Source: Spirochaetia bacterium (GTDB lineage Bacteria; Spirochaetota; Spirochaetia; SZUA-6; Bin103). Taken from it: 64,000 nucleotides of DNA. The stretch is from positions 832,001-896,000 of the forward strand of contig OZ241907.1 in NCBI GenBank assembly GCA_965203515.1. Direction: 5' to 3'. Both the position numbers and the translations under genes were made by a program. The notes below the pieces were generated by a model. The model had not been told where the DNA came from. It saw nothing but the letters and a program-made list of their open reading frames with translations, and made no database searches. Shown here one piece after another: positions 24,031 through 32,975 of this stretch (its first letter is position 1; every line of letters begins with the position of its first letter).

Positions 24031-24675
24031 ATGCGACTGATCCTGGAACAGATACGGACCGGCGGGGACCGGAACTTCGCCTATCTGGTCGGCGACCGAG
24101 ACGCCAAGGCGGCGGCGATCGTCGACCCGTCGTTCGACCCGGCGGCGGTGGTCGAGCGGGCGGCTGCGCAGGGCCTGACGGTGAGCTACGTCGTCAACAC
24201 GCACGGGCATGCCGATCATACCAACGGCAACCAGGAGGCGCGCCGGCTCACCGGCGCTCCGCTCGCTGCCTTCGCGCCGAACGCCGGACGCCGCCTGGGT
24301 GACGGCGACGTGCTGGAGGTCGGCTCGCTGCGTCTGCGCGCGCTCCACACGCCCGGCCATGCGGACGACCACGTGGTGCTGATCGAGCCGGACGAGCGGT
24401 TCGCGCTGACCGGCGATCTGCTGTTCGTGGGCAAGGTGGGCGGCACCGCCGGGCGCGCGGCGGCCCGCGCGGAGTGGGAGAGCCTGCACCGGCTGCTGGA
24501 GGCGGCCGGCGACGATTTCACCGTCTGGCCGGGACACGACTACGGCTGCCGGCCGGCGTCCACGATCGGCATGGAGCGCCGCACCAATCCCTTTCTGGGC
24601 TGCGCGGACGTCGAGACGTTCTTCGACCTGAAGGAGCGCTGGCCGGCGTTCAAGGCCCGGCACGGCCTGCGCTGA
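24031..24675 (+). CDS. MBL-fold hydrolase, glyoxalase II-like
   Basis: THGHADH, HTPGH, TGDLLF, WPGHDY, ERRTNPFL. Confidence 0.9.
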   Translation: MRLILEQIRTGGDRNFAYLVGDRDAKAAAIVDPSFDPAAVVERAAAQGLTVSYVVNTHGHADHTNGNQEARRLTGAPLAAFAPNAGRRLGDGDVLEVGSLRLRALHTPGHADDHVVLIEPDERFALTGDLLFVGKVGGTAGRAAARAEWESLHRLLEAAGDDFTVWPGHDYGCRPASTIGMERRTNPFLGCADVETFFDLKERWPAFKARHGLR

Positions 24676-24705
24676 CGCCGGCGCAGGCCGTGGTACCCTG
24701 ATCGG

Positions 24706-25104
24706 ATGAGCTATGCATTCGATCACGTCCATCTGCAGACCACCGACCTGGACGCCACGGTCGCCTGGTTCGAGCGCATGTTCGACGCGCGTCGGCTGTG
24801 GATCGGCGAGTTCAAGGGGACCAGGATCACGCACCTGAGGCTCCACGACACCTTCGTGAACCTCTTTCACCGGCCGCCGACCAACCCGGACGCGACGCCC
24901 GAAGACGCGGTGATCCATCACTTCGCGATGCGGCCCGATGACTTCGACGCCGCGATCGCGGACCTGAAGCGCCGCGGCGCCCGCTTCCACACCGAGCCGG
25001 CGGCCGTCGGGCCGCACCTGCGCGTGGCCTTCATCGAGGGGCCGGACAACCTGCGCGTGGAGATCATCGAGGGCGACCTGCCGGAGGGGACCGGCCTGGA
25101 GTAG
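24706..25104 (+). CDS. VOC family (glyoxalase/bleomycin resistance) protein
   Basis: FDHVHL, IHHFA, AFIEGPDNLRVEI. Confidence 0.88.
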   Translation: MSYAFDHVHLQTTDLDATVAWFERMFDARRLWIGEFKGTRITHLRLHDTFVNLFHRPPTNPDATPEDAVIHHFAMRPDDFDAAIADLKRRGARFHTEPAAVGPHLRVAFIEGPDNLRVEIIEGDLPEGTGLE

Positions 25105-25126
25105 CCGCTGCCGATCGCCCACGTTG

Positions 25127-25182
25127 GTCCTTTGCCAAAGGACGGATTGATCTGATATTGTCACTCTGAAAGTGACAATATC
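25127..25182. promoter_or_regulatory. Two palindromic operator-like boxes at the ATPase start
   Basis: gtcctttg-c-caaaggac (25127-25143) and gatattgtcact-ctgaa-agtgacaatatc (25154-25182, covering GTG 25172). Confidence 0.6.
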
Positions 25183-26467
25183 GCGGGAGCTTCTGAGAGC
25201 GAAGCTGGACGAGTCGCTGGCGACGCCGTTCCGCCCCCTTACGCCGCGGGACGTGCGGCTGCCGGCGGTCGCCGGCAAGGCGTTCGCGATCATCGGCGTA
25301 CGCCGCAGCGGCAAGACCTCGTTTCTGGCCCAGTGTCGAGCCGCCCGTATGCAAGCGGGATCGCGCCCCGAGTCGCAACTGCTGCTGCTGCTCGAGGACG
25401 AGCGGTTGACGGGGATCACCGTCGCCGACCTGGGCTGGCTGCTGGAGGAGCATGCCCGGCGGTTCCCGGCGCTGCAGGATGCGGGGGGCGTCACCCTGTA
25501 CCTGGACGAGGTGCAGAACGTTCCCGATTGGGAGCGGCTGGTCCGGCGTCTGATCGACACGGCCGCGGTCGAGGTGTTCGTGACCGGATCGTCGGCTCGG
25601 CTGCTCAGCCGCGAGGTGGCGACCAGCCTTCGCGGGCGCGCGATGGAGGTGCTGGTGCACCCGTTCAGCTTTCGCGAGGCGTTGCGCCACACCGGCGACG
25701 ACCCACCGGCGCCGGCGGAGCTCGACCGGCGCCTGCGGCGCTACCTGATCGAAGGCGGCTTTCCCGAGGCGCAGGGCGTGGAGCCGCGGGACCGGGCGGC
25801 GCTGCTGACCGGCTACGTGGACGTGGTGGTGCTCCGCGACGTGATCGAGCGCCACGGAGTGACCAATCCGTTGGCCCTGCGCTGGATGCAGCGGCAGTTG
25901 CTGGCCGATCCGGGGGGCCGATTCTCGGTGAAGAAGCAGTACGACACGCTGCGCTCACAGGGCGTGCGGGTCGGCAAGGACACCCTGCACGCCTGTCTGG
26001 GCTACCTGGAGGACGCCTTCCTGGTGCGTACGGTGTCGATGCACTCCGCCTCCGAGCGTCAGCGCATGGTGCATGCCCGCAAGGCGTACCCCGTGGATCC
26101 GGGGCTGATCGCCCTGTTCACGACCAGCGGCCGCAGCCACGCCGGCCGCGTGCTGGAAACCGTGGTGCTGCTGGAACTGGAGCGGCGCGGCTGGGAGGCA
26201 TCCTACCTGCGCACCGCGGAAGGGTGGGAGGTCGACTTCTTCGCGCATCGCGCGGGGGAGCAGCCCCTGCTGGTCCAGGTATGCCTGGAGACCGCGCAGG
26301 ACGCGACCTGGGAGCGGGAAGTGCGGGCGCTCCGATCGGCGGGGGAGGCGTACCCGGATGCCGCGCTCCTGCTCGTCACGCTCGACTCGTCGCCGCCGCG
26401 CCGGCCGCTGCCGGAACGGATCGCCTGGGCGCCGGCAGCGCGCTGGCTCCTGGAGCCGGACCCTTGA
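25172..26467 (+). CDS. AAA+ ATPase (AAA_14) with DUF4143 and PD-(D/E)XK-like C-terminus
   Basis: GVRRSGKT, LDEVQ, TGSS, LRGR, GGFPE, KAYPVDPG, EVDF...VQV. Confidence 0.88.
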   Translation: MTISRELLRAKLDESLATPFRPLTPRDVRLPAVAGKAFAIIGVRRSGKTSFLAQCRAARMQAGSRPESQLLLLLEDERLTGITVADLGWLLEEHARRFPALQDAGGVTLYLDEVQNVPDWERLVRRLIDTAAVEVFVTGSSARLLSREVATSLRGRAMEVLVHPFSFREALRHTGDDPPAPAELDRRLRRYLIEGGFPEAQGVEPRDRAALLTGYVDVVVLRDVIERHGVTNPLALRWMQRQLLADPGGRFSVKKQYDTLRSQGVRVGKDTLHACLGYLEDAFLVRTVSMHSASERQRMVHARKAYPVDPGLIALFTTSGRSHAGRVLETVVLLELERRGWEASYLRTAEGWEVDFFAHRAGEQPLLVQVCLETAQDATWEREVRALRSAGEAYPDAALLLVTLDSSPPRRPLPERIAWAPAARWLLEPDP

Positions 26468-26492
26468 CGGCGCCGCGGCCGATCCGGAGATT

Positions 26493-26584
26493 TTGCAATT
26501 CTGCTATTGAATGAATTGCAACGTTGTTATCATTATCGTTGCGATGATGCTATCGGAGACATTGCAATGATGTCATTGGAGCGG
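26493..26584. repeat. Four degenerate 23-bp direct repeats upstream of the second ATPase
   Basis: TTGCRA starts at 26493, 26516, 26539 and 26562; consensus about TTGCAATGATGCTAT. Confidence 0.75.
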
Positions 26585-27819
26585 TGATGGCGCACTACCG
26601 GGCACGCCTAGCGGACCACGAGCTGCGGCAGCGGCTCGGCGCTGCCGGGGCGGTGGTCATCGAAGGCCCCAAGGCGTGCGGCAAGACGGCCACCGCCCGG
26701 CGGGCGGCGGCCAGCGAAGTGCTGCTCGACGTCGACGCCAACGCCCGGCGCGCCGTAGCGATCGATCCGGCCCTGGTGCTGGAGGGAGCCGCGCCGCGCC
26801 TGATCGACGAGTGGCAGACCGAACCGGCGATCTGGAATCACGTGCGCCGCGCCGTCGACGACCGCGCCCGGCCCGGCCAGTTCATCCTCACCGGCTCCGC
26901 GGTGCCGGCCGACGACGTCACCCGGCATACTGGCGCGGGACGCCTGACGCGGCTCCGGCTGCGCCCCATGTCCCTGTTCGAAACCGGCCGCTCCTCCGGT
27001 GCGGTTTCCCTGCACGGACTCCTGGCCGGAGCGGCGCCGCGCAGCGCGGAGTCGGCCCTCTCCATCGAGGAGCTTGCCGGGCAGGTCTGCCGCGGCGGCT
27101 GGCCGGGGAATCTGCAACGCTCCGTCAACCAGGCGCTGCAGGCCAATCGCGCCTACCTCGACGAGATCCGCCGCGTCGACGTCGGCCGCGTCGACGCCAC
27201 GCGGCGCGACCCCGCCAAGGTCGGCGACCTGCTCCGCTCGTTCGCCCGCAACGTCGCTACCTACGCCGCGGCTTCGACCATGGCCGCCGACTTGAACAAC
27301 CACACCGCGGATGCCTACCTGACGGCGCTCGAACGGCTCATGATCGTCGAGGATCAACCGGCCTGGGCGCCGCACCTGCGCTCGCGGTCGCGGCTCAGGG
27401 GCGCCCCCAAGCGGCACTTCGTCGATCCCTCGCTGGCGGTCGCGGCGCTCCGCGCCGACCCCGATCGGCTGCTGCGGGACCTCGCCTGGTTCGGGTTCCT
27501 GTTCGAGTCGCTGGTGGTCCGCGACCTGCGCGTCTACGCCCAGCATCATGACGCCGAAGTGCTGCAGTACCGTGACAACACCGGCCTGGAGGTGGACGCC
27601 ATCGTGCAGGCGGCGGACGGAACCTGGGCCGCATTCGAGGTCAAGCTGGGAGCGGGAATGATCGACGCCGCGGCGGCTACTCTGCTGCGCTTCGCCAGGC
27701 GGGTGGACCCGGCCCGCAGCCGGGCTCCCGCGGCCCTGGCGGTCATCGTCGCGGGCGGCTACGGCTACGTGCGCGGCGACGGCATCGGCGTCATTCCCAT
27801 CGGCGCGCTGGGACCGTAG
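26584..27819 (+). CDS. AAA+ ATPase with DUF4143
   Basis: GPKACGKT, IDEWQ, LTGSA, HTGAGR, GGWP, KRHFVDPS, GFLFE, EVDAI...FEVKLG. Confidence 0.9.
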   Translation: MMAHYRARLADHELRQRLGAAGAVVIEGPKACGKTATARRAAASEVLLDVDANARRAVAIDPALVLEGAAPRLIDEWQTEPAIWNHVRRAVDDRARPGQFILTGSAVPADDVTRHTGAGRLTRLRLRPMSLFETGRSSGAVSLHGLLAGAAPRSAESALSIEELAGQVCRGGWPGNLQRSVNQALQANRAYLDEIRRVDVGRVDATRRDPAKVGDLLRSFARNVATYAAASTMAADLNNHTADAYLTALERLMIVEDQPAWAPHLRSRSRLRGAPKRHFVDPSLAVAALRADPDRLLRDLAWFGFLFESLVVRDLRVYAQHHDAEVLQYRDNTGLEVDAIVQAADGTWAAFEVKLGAGMIDAAAATLLRFARRVDPARSRAPAALAVIVAGGYGYVRGDGIGVIPIGALGP

Positions 27820-27833
27820 CCAGCCGCGCGAGT

Positions 27834-29813
27834 TCAGTTGCTCACGACCTTAACCAGAAGCTTCTTGCCGTTCAGCGTATGGCGCGCCCAATACAGGTTT
27901 TGGTACTGGTCGTTGCCGGGTGGACGCAGCGTTGCCTCGGCGGTCGCCGTGGTGCCGCTGCCGCCGGTCGGCGCGGAAAGCGTAACGGTTGGGGCCGACG
28001 CGTAGCCGCTCCCCTGGTTCGTGATCCGCACTGCCGTGACGGTGGAGTGCAACACCGCGGTGCCGGCTGCGGTGGTGGCGCCGCCGCCGCTTGGCGGGGC
28101 CGAAAAGGTAACGGTCGGGGCCGACGTGTAGCCGCTCCCGCCGCCGGTGACGTCTACCGACCCGACACCGTATTGCAGCACCGCGGTGCCGGCGGCCGTG
28201 GTGCCGCCGCTCGGCGCTGCCGAAAAGGTGACGGTTGGGACCGAGGTGTAGCCGCCGCCGGCGGTGGCGATCGTTACCGACCCGACACCGTAGCGCAACG
28301 CCGCGGTGCCGGTTGCCGTGGTGCCGCTCGGCGGGGCCGAAAAGGTGACGGTCGGGGCCGACGTGTAGCCGCTCCCGCGGCCGGTGACGTCTACCGACCC
28401 GACACCGTATTGCAGCACCGCGGTGCCGGCGGCCGTGGTGCCGCCGCTCGGCGCTGCCGAAAAGGTGACGGTTGGGACCGAGGTGTAGCCGCCGCCGGCG
28501 GTGGCGATCGTTACCGACCCGACACCGTAGCGCAACGCCGCGGTGCCGGTTGCCGTGGTGCCGCTGGACGGTGCGCCAAACGTAACGGTCGGGACCGAGG
28601 TGTAGCCGCTCCCCCGGTTCCTGACCTCCACTGCCTGGATGACACCGACGCCTAAGGCTATCACTTGGGCCATTGCCCTGGTGCCGCCGGAGGGCGGCGC
28701 CGAAATCGTAACGGTAGCCGTGCTAGGGACGTAGCCGGTACCCCCGTTCGTGACCGTCACCGAATGGACTCGACCGTTCCCCACCACGGTGCCGGTTGCC
28801 GTGGTGCCGCCTGCAGGCGCTGCCGAGAAGGTGACGGTCGGGAGGGACGTGTAGCCGCTGCCGGGGGTGACAACGTCCACGGAAGCGACGCTGCCGGGCC
28901 CTGCCACCGCGGTGCCGGTTGCCGTGGCGCCGCCGGACGGCGGGGCGGAAAAGCTGACGGTCGGGAGGGACGTGTAGCCGCTGCCGGGGGTGACAACGTC
29001 CACGGAAGCGACGCTGCCGGGCCCTGCCACCGCGGTGCCGGTTGCCGTGGTGCCGCCGGACGGCGCTGCCGAGAAGGTGACGGTTGGGACCGAGGTGTAG
29101 CCGCTGCCGGGGGTGACAACGTCCACGGAAGCGACGCTGCCGGGCCCTGCCGCCGCGGTGCCGGTTGCCGTGGCGCCGCCGGACGGCGGGGCGGAAAAGC
29201 TGACGGTCGGGAGGGACGTGTAGCCGCTGCCGGCGGTGTCGACCGTCACGGAGGCGACGCGATCGGGCCCCACCGCGGTGCCGGTTGCCGCGGCGCCGCC
29301 GGGCGGCGGGGCGGAAAAGCTGACGGTCGGGGGCGAGGTGTAGCCGCTGCCCGGGTTCGTGATCGTGACCAACTCGACAGCGCCGCCGCCCGACTGATCC
29401 GGGGCCGTGAGCACGAGCACGATCGCTCCCGCACGGACTTCCGCGGCAACCTTCCACTCGGCGCCGGAGATATCGGACGCGAAGACCGGCTTTGCCGCCG
29501 TGCTGGTGAACGGCAGGTCATGCCCGCCAATCGAAACGCTCACTTCGGCGCCGGCGGTGATCGGCTCCCAGTCATACGACGCACGGTTGGACACCTCGCC
29601 CACCAGGTTCAGTTCATCATTGCCAAAGTCAGCCGCCCCGATCGTCCAACTCTTCTCCCTCTTCTCTGCCGGCTGCGGAGTTGGCGTCGGCTCGCCCGGG
29701 GTTGAGGCCGGGTCGGCGGGCGCGACGGCCCGGGGAGGCCCCTGCCCGCACGCCAGCAGCGTGGCGATGCCGGCGGTCATCAACAGCGATAACTTCAACG
29801 CTTTACTCAACAA
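27834..29813 (-). CDS. Lipoprotein with 12 Gly/Thr-rich ~40-aa repeats (putative surface fibre or adhesin)
   Basis: Lipobox LLACG; 12 units like V.SV.V...GSGYTS.PTV.FSA.PSGG.TATGTA; DNA repeat units of 123 and 237 bp. Confidence 0.8.
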   Translation of the reverse strand: MLSKALKLSLLMTAGIATLLACGQGPPRAVAPADPASTPGEPTPTPQPAEKREKSWTIGAADFGNDELNLVGEVSNRASYDWEPITAGAEVSVSIGGHDLPFTSTAAKPVFASDISGAEWKVAAEVRAGAIVLVLTAPDQSGGGAVELVTITNPGSGYTSPPTVSFSAPPPGGAAATGTAVGPDRVASVTVDTAGSGYTSLPTVSFSAPPSGGATATGTAAAGPGSVASVDVVTPGSGYTSVPTVTFSAAPSGGTTATGTAVAGPGSVASVDVVTPGSGYTSLPTVSFSAPPSGGATATGTAVAGPGSVASVDVVTPGSGYTSLPTVTFSAAPAGGTTATGTVVGNGRVHSVTVTNGGTGYVPSTATVTISAPPSGGTRAMAQVIALGVGVIQAVEVRNRGSGYTSVPTVTFGAPSSGTTATGTAALRYGVGSVTIATAGGGYTSVPTVTFSAAPSGGTTAAGTAVLQYGVGSVDVTGRGSGYTSAPTVTFSAPPSGTTATGTAALRYGVGSVTIATAGGGYTSVPTVTFSAAPSGGTTAAGTAVLQYGVGSVDVTGGGSGYTSAPTVTFSAPPSGGGATTAAGTAVLHSTVTAVRITNQGSGYASAPTVTLSAPTGGSGTTATAEATLRPPGNDQYQNLYWARHTLNGKKLLVKVVSN

Positions 29814-29927
29814 GATTCCCTCCGCGCCGGCTGCTGACGGTTAGCGTCAGCCTCGCGCCGGGCGCATGGTAGCATGCGCCCGCCAAGTTGACCATCGACC
29901 CCATCAGCGCCATTTTGGCCCGCCGGG

Positions 29928-30122
29928 TCAGGTCCGGCGCGCGGTGTTGTCTGATACCCGGTCGAGGAGCTCGGCTCCGGTCTCGCACTCGATGATCCAG
30001 CCGCCGGCCTGCGCCAAGCGGTCAGGATCGGCGGTCTGCTCCAGGAGCACCGCCAGCCGTTGCGCCGTGTCGTCGTCGAACTTCCGCGCCGCCATCCGGC
30101 ACAGCAGCTTGGTGACAGCCAT
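29928..30122 (-). CDS. Stand-alone Rpn C-terminal domain (RpnS-like small protein or gene fragment)
   Basis: LLCRMAARKF...DPDRLAQAGGWIIECETGAELLDRV aligns by eye with the C-terminus of 44962..45936. Confidence 0.6.
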   Translation of the reverse strand: MAVTKLLCRMAARKFDDDTAQRLAVLLEQTADPDRLAQAGGWIIECETGAELLDRVSDNTARRT

Positions 30123-30170
30123 GGCGCCACGGTACGCGGGCCGCGCCGGTCGCGCAACCGCGACGGCCCG

Positions 30171-30626
30171 CTACTGGCGGCGGTAGTTAAGCGTAGTGGT
30201 GACGCTGCCGTCGGCCGAGGAGCGGGTGAGCTTCAGGTCATCGCGATCGCGACCGGTGAACTCGTATCGTAGCTGCTCGGCCGCGATCGTAGGGGAGGTC
30301 GGCTTGAGGGACAGGGAGCCGCGGTCCGTGCCGCTGGCGTCGTACTTGTAGGTGCCGGCGATCTTGACCGTGAGCGTCGTGGCGCCGGATGTCGTCGTGG
30401 ACTGGTACGTATATTTGAAGTCGCTGGTGAACCGGTATTCGTACGCGGCGGAGCCGATCGCTGCCTTCCAGGTCCCCACGAACGGGTTCACCTTCACCGT
30501 CGGCGCCCGCATGATGAAGGTCACGCGGCAGCCGGCAAGGAGCGGGACCGTCAAGGCGGCGGCCAGGAGCGCAAGCAGCGCGACCGCCGCCCGGCAGCGC
30601 GCACCCTCCACGCGGGGTCCGTGCAT
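30171..30626 (-). CDS. Hypothetical lipoprotein (lipocalin-like beta protein)
   Basis: Lipobox LLAGC, NPFVGTWK, GTYKYD. Start uncertain. Confidence 0.65.
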   Translation of the reverse strand: MHGPRVEGARCRAAVALLALLAAALTVPLLAGCRVTFIMRAPTVKVNPFVGTWKAAIGSAAYEYRFTSDFKYTYQSTTTSGATTLTVKIAGTYKYDASGTDRGSLSLKPTSPTIAAEQLRYEFTGRDRDDLKLTRSSADGSVTTTLNYRRQ

Positions 30627-30730
30627 CCATGGCGACTCCGCACTCGTGCGCACGCTTTCATGGTACCGTGTCGGCGGAAGCTGGCCAACCCATGCGCGGG
30701 CCGTTGACCGGACCGGGAGGTGATCGACCG

Positions 30731-31561
30731 ATGGCGCTCGAAACGACCGCGGACCTGACTGCGTACCGGGAGCGGGGATACGTGGTGGTCCCCGGCGTGC
30801 TCACCGCCGCCGAGGTGGACGAGGCCCAACAGGAGATCGAGCGCCTGCACGAGCTGGCGGCAGGCGAGGGGACCCTGCCGGCTGAGACGACGTTCCAGTA
30901 CGAGCCGCACGCGGACGTGCGCACCGAGCGCGGCCGTCCCGTGCTGCGCAAGATCGAGCGGACCGACCTGGTCTCCGACCTGTTCGCGCGCACGGCCGCC
31001 AACCCGCGCGTGCTGGCGGTAGTGTCGGCGATTCTGGGACCGGACCTGCTGTTGTTCCGATCGACGCTGATGCTGAAGCCGGCGCGGCACGGATCGCGGC
31101 ACGGTCTGCATCAGGACGTGGCGTACTGGCCGTTGGAGCCGCCGGAGCTGGTGACCGTGAGCATCGCCATCTCGGCCAGCGACGCCGTGAACGGCTGCAT
31201 CCACGTGATCCCCGGCAGTCACCGATGGCCGGTCGGCGAGTGGGGCGCCATCGCCCGCGGCGACGACGCCGCGCAGACCGACCGCGACGACGTCGACCTG
31301 TCGCGGCTCCGCGACGTGCCTCTGGAGGCCGGCAGCGCCGTGCTGTTCCACAGCAACATCGTGCACGGCTCCGGTCCGAACCGCTCCGACCGGCCGCGCC
31401 ACACGGCGCTGTACGCCTACTTCCCGCCGACGGCGCGCTACGCGCCGGGCAGCGGCGGTCCGCCGGCCCGGACCTATCCGGTCGTCGCCGGCCTGAACGG
31501 CCGCGCCAGCGTCACCCTCGGCATCGGCCAGAGCGCCCGGAGCGTCATCCAGCGGCGGTAG
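30731..31561 (+). CDS. Phytanoyl-CoA dioxygenase (PhyH) family
   Basis: YRERGY, LKPA, LHQDVAYW, NGC...PGSH, VHGSGPNRS..R. Confidence 0.92.
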   Translation: MALETTADLTAYRERGYVVVPGVLTAAEVDEAQQEIERLHELAAGEGTLPAETTFQYEPHADVRTERGRPVLRKIERTDLVSDLFARTAANPRVLAVVSAILGPDLLLFRSTLMLKPARHGSRHGLHQDVAYWPLEPPELVTVSIAISASDAVNGCIHVIPGSHRWPVGEWGAIARGDDAAQTDRDDVDLSRLRDVPLEAGSAVLFHSNIVHGSGPNRSDRPRHTALYAYFPPTARYAPGSGGPPARTYPVVAGLNGRASVTLGIGQSARSVIQRR

Positions 31562-31612
31562 ATCGCAGCCGGCCACGAGGGACACGGCTGACTGGAAGCG
31601 TCGCGACGACGG

Positions 31613-31641
31613 TTGACACAGCGTTCACGGTGTGCTGTGAT
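31613..31641 (+). promoter_or_regulatory. Putative sigma70 promoter for the inserted gene pair
   Basis: TTGACA, 17 bp, TGTGAT with a preceding TGn. Confidence 0.4.
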
Positions 31642-31681
31642 GTCCGAAGGGAAGGTAAATCGTCTCCGACGCTGAGGGATA

Positions 31682-31999
31682 TTGATGAATAACGGATCAC
31701 TTTTCGAAAGAGGAAAGGCGAGTGCTGATCCGTTGGTGCCGTCGATACGTACCCTGTGCGGTCCCATCAAGACGGACAGTCCACCATCCATTAGCGAACT
31801 GTACCGAAAGGCGCAGTCGCTGGCATTCTTCCTTGAACATGGAGATCGAAAGACGAGGACAGTCGCCGAGGCACTGGCGTATCGAATGATATATGAGGCC
31901 ATGGTGGCCAGTCTGTATAACTCATCGCGCGGAGCAATCCCCAGGTTCGTCGATCAGATTCGCAACTCGGAGAAGATTTTCGAGGAGATATTGCGTTGA
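31682..31999 (+). CDS. Hypothetical protein, lower GC
   Basis: 105-aa ORF overlapping the next ORF by 4 nt; no recognised motif. Confidence 0.5.
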   Translation: MMNNGSLFERGKASADPLVPSIRTLCGPIKTDSPPSISELYRKAQSLAFFLEHGDRKTRTVAEALAYRMIYEAMVASLYNSSRGAIPRFVDQIRNSEKIFEEILR

Positions 32000-32427
32000 G
32001 CGGGTCCCGTGATTCGAGCGCTTCGGATGACGAAAGCCGCCTCGGTACACCGAGCGAGCAAGATCGACGTGTTCCAGACGCGCAGGCCATGGGGGCCGAA
32101 TTGTCCGCCATGATTACAAACATCGGCTCGTCCGGCCCTATGCATCACCCGATATTCGGGAAGTTCGAGTCTGAACACGTCACGATGTTTCTCGAACACG
32201 CCCATAAGAGTGACGAAAGTGCATCAAAGTATCGCAGTAGCAATCGGTGGTTCCGACTTGGATACGTTGGGATCGTTGTCGTCTTTTTCGTCTTTCTTAC
32301 AGTGTTCCTACTACCTGACCAATCAGTCGTGTACTTCGATATCCTCAAAGGCTTAGCACTATTCCTCGGCGGTGCCGGCGGCGGTTACGGCCTCAGAATG
32401 TTTCAAGACCGAAGTCGAGCACGGTAG
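31996..32427 (+). CDS. Hypothetical membrane protein with two C-terminal TM helices (possibly DUF2335-like)
   Basis: LGYVGIVVVFFVFLTVFLL and ILKGLALFLGGAGGGYG hydrophobic segments. Confidence 0.6.
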   Translation: MSGSRDSSASDDESRLGTPSEQDRRVPDAQAMGAELSAMITNIGSSGPMHHPIFGKFESEHVTMFLEHAHKSDESASKYRSSNRWFRLGYVGIVVVFFVFLTVFLLPDQSVVYFDILKGLALFLGGAGGGYGLRMFQDRSRAR

Positions 32428-32518
32428 GTCGGTCGTCACCCTCACGGGACCGCGCCAGCCGGGGAGCGGGATCGTGGGGCACGTCAAGGACGTGGTGGCA
32501 CCGGTCCTCGACGGCGAG

Positions 32519-32942
32519 GCCGCCGGAGCTGGTAACCGTGAGCATCGCCATCTCGGCCAGCGACGCCGTGAACGGCTGCATCCACGTGATTCCCGGCAGT
32601 CACCGATGGCCGGTCGGCGAGTGGGGCGCCATCGCCCGCGGCGACGACGCTGCGCAGACCGACCGCGACGACGTCGATCTGTCGCGGCTCCGCGACGTGC
32701 CCCTGGAGGCCGGCAGCGCCGTGCTGTTCCACAGCAACATCGTGCACGGCTCCGGTCCGAACCGCTCCGACCGGCCGCGCCACACGGCGCTGTATGCCTA
32801 CTTCCCGCCGACGGCGCGCTACGCGCCGGGCAGCGGTGGTCCGCCGGCCCGGATCTGTCCGGTCGTCGCCGGCCTGAACGGCCGCGCCAGCATCACCCTC
32901 GGCATCGGTCAGAGCGCCAGGAGCGTCATCCAGCGGCGGTAG
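32519..32942 (+). pseudogene. 5'-truncated duplicate of phyH 31138..31561
   Basis: 424-bp direct repeat ending at the same TAG, about 12 substitutions by eye. Lacks the HQD motif. Confidence 0.9.
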
Positions 32943-32975
32943 CTGGCCGTCCGGACCTCCTCCCGTCCTGACGAC

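Noticed and set aside
26493..26584. CRISPR array
   Set aside because: Contiguous degenerate 23-bp units with no spacers, and no cas genes in the window.
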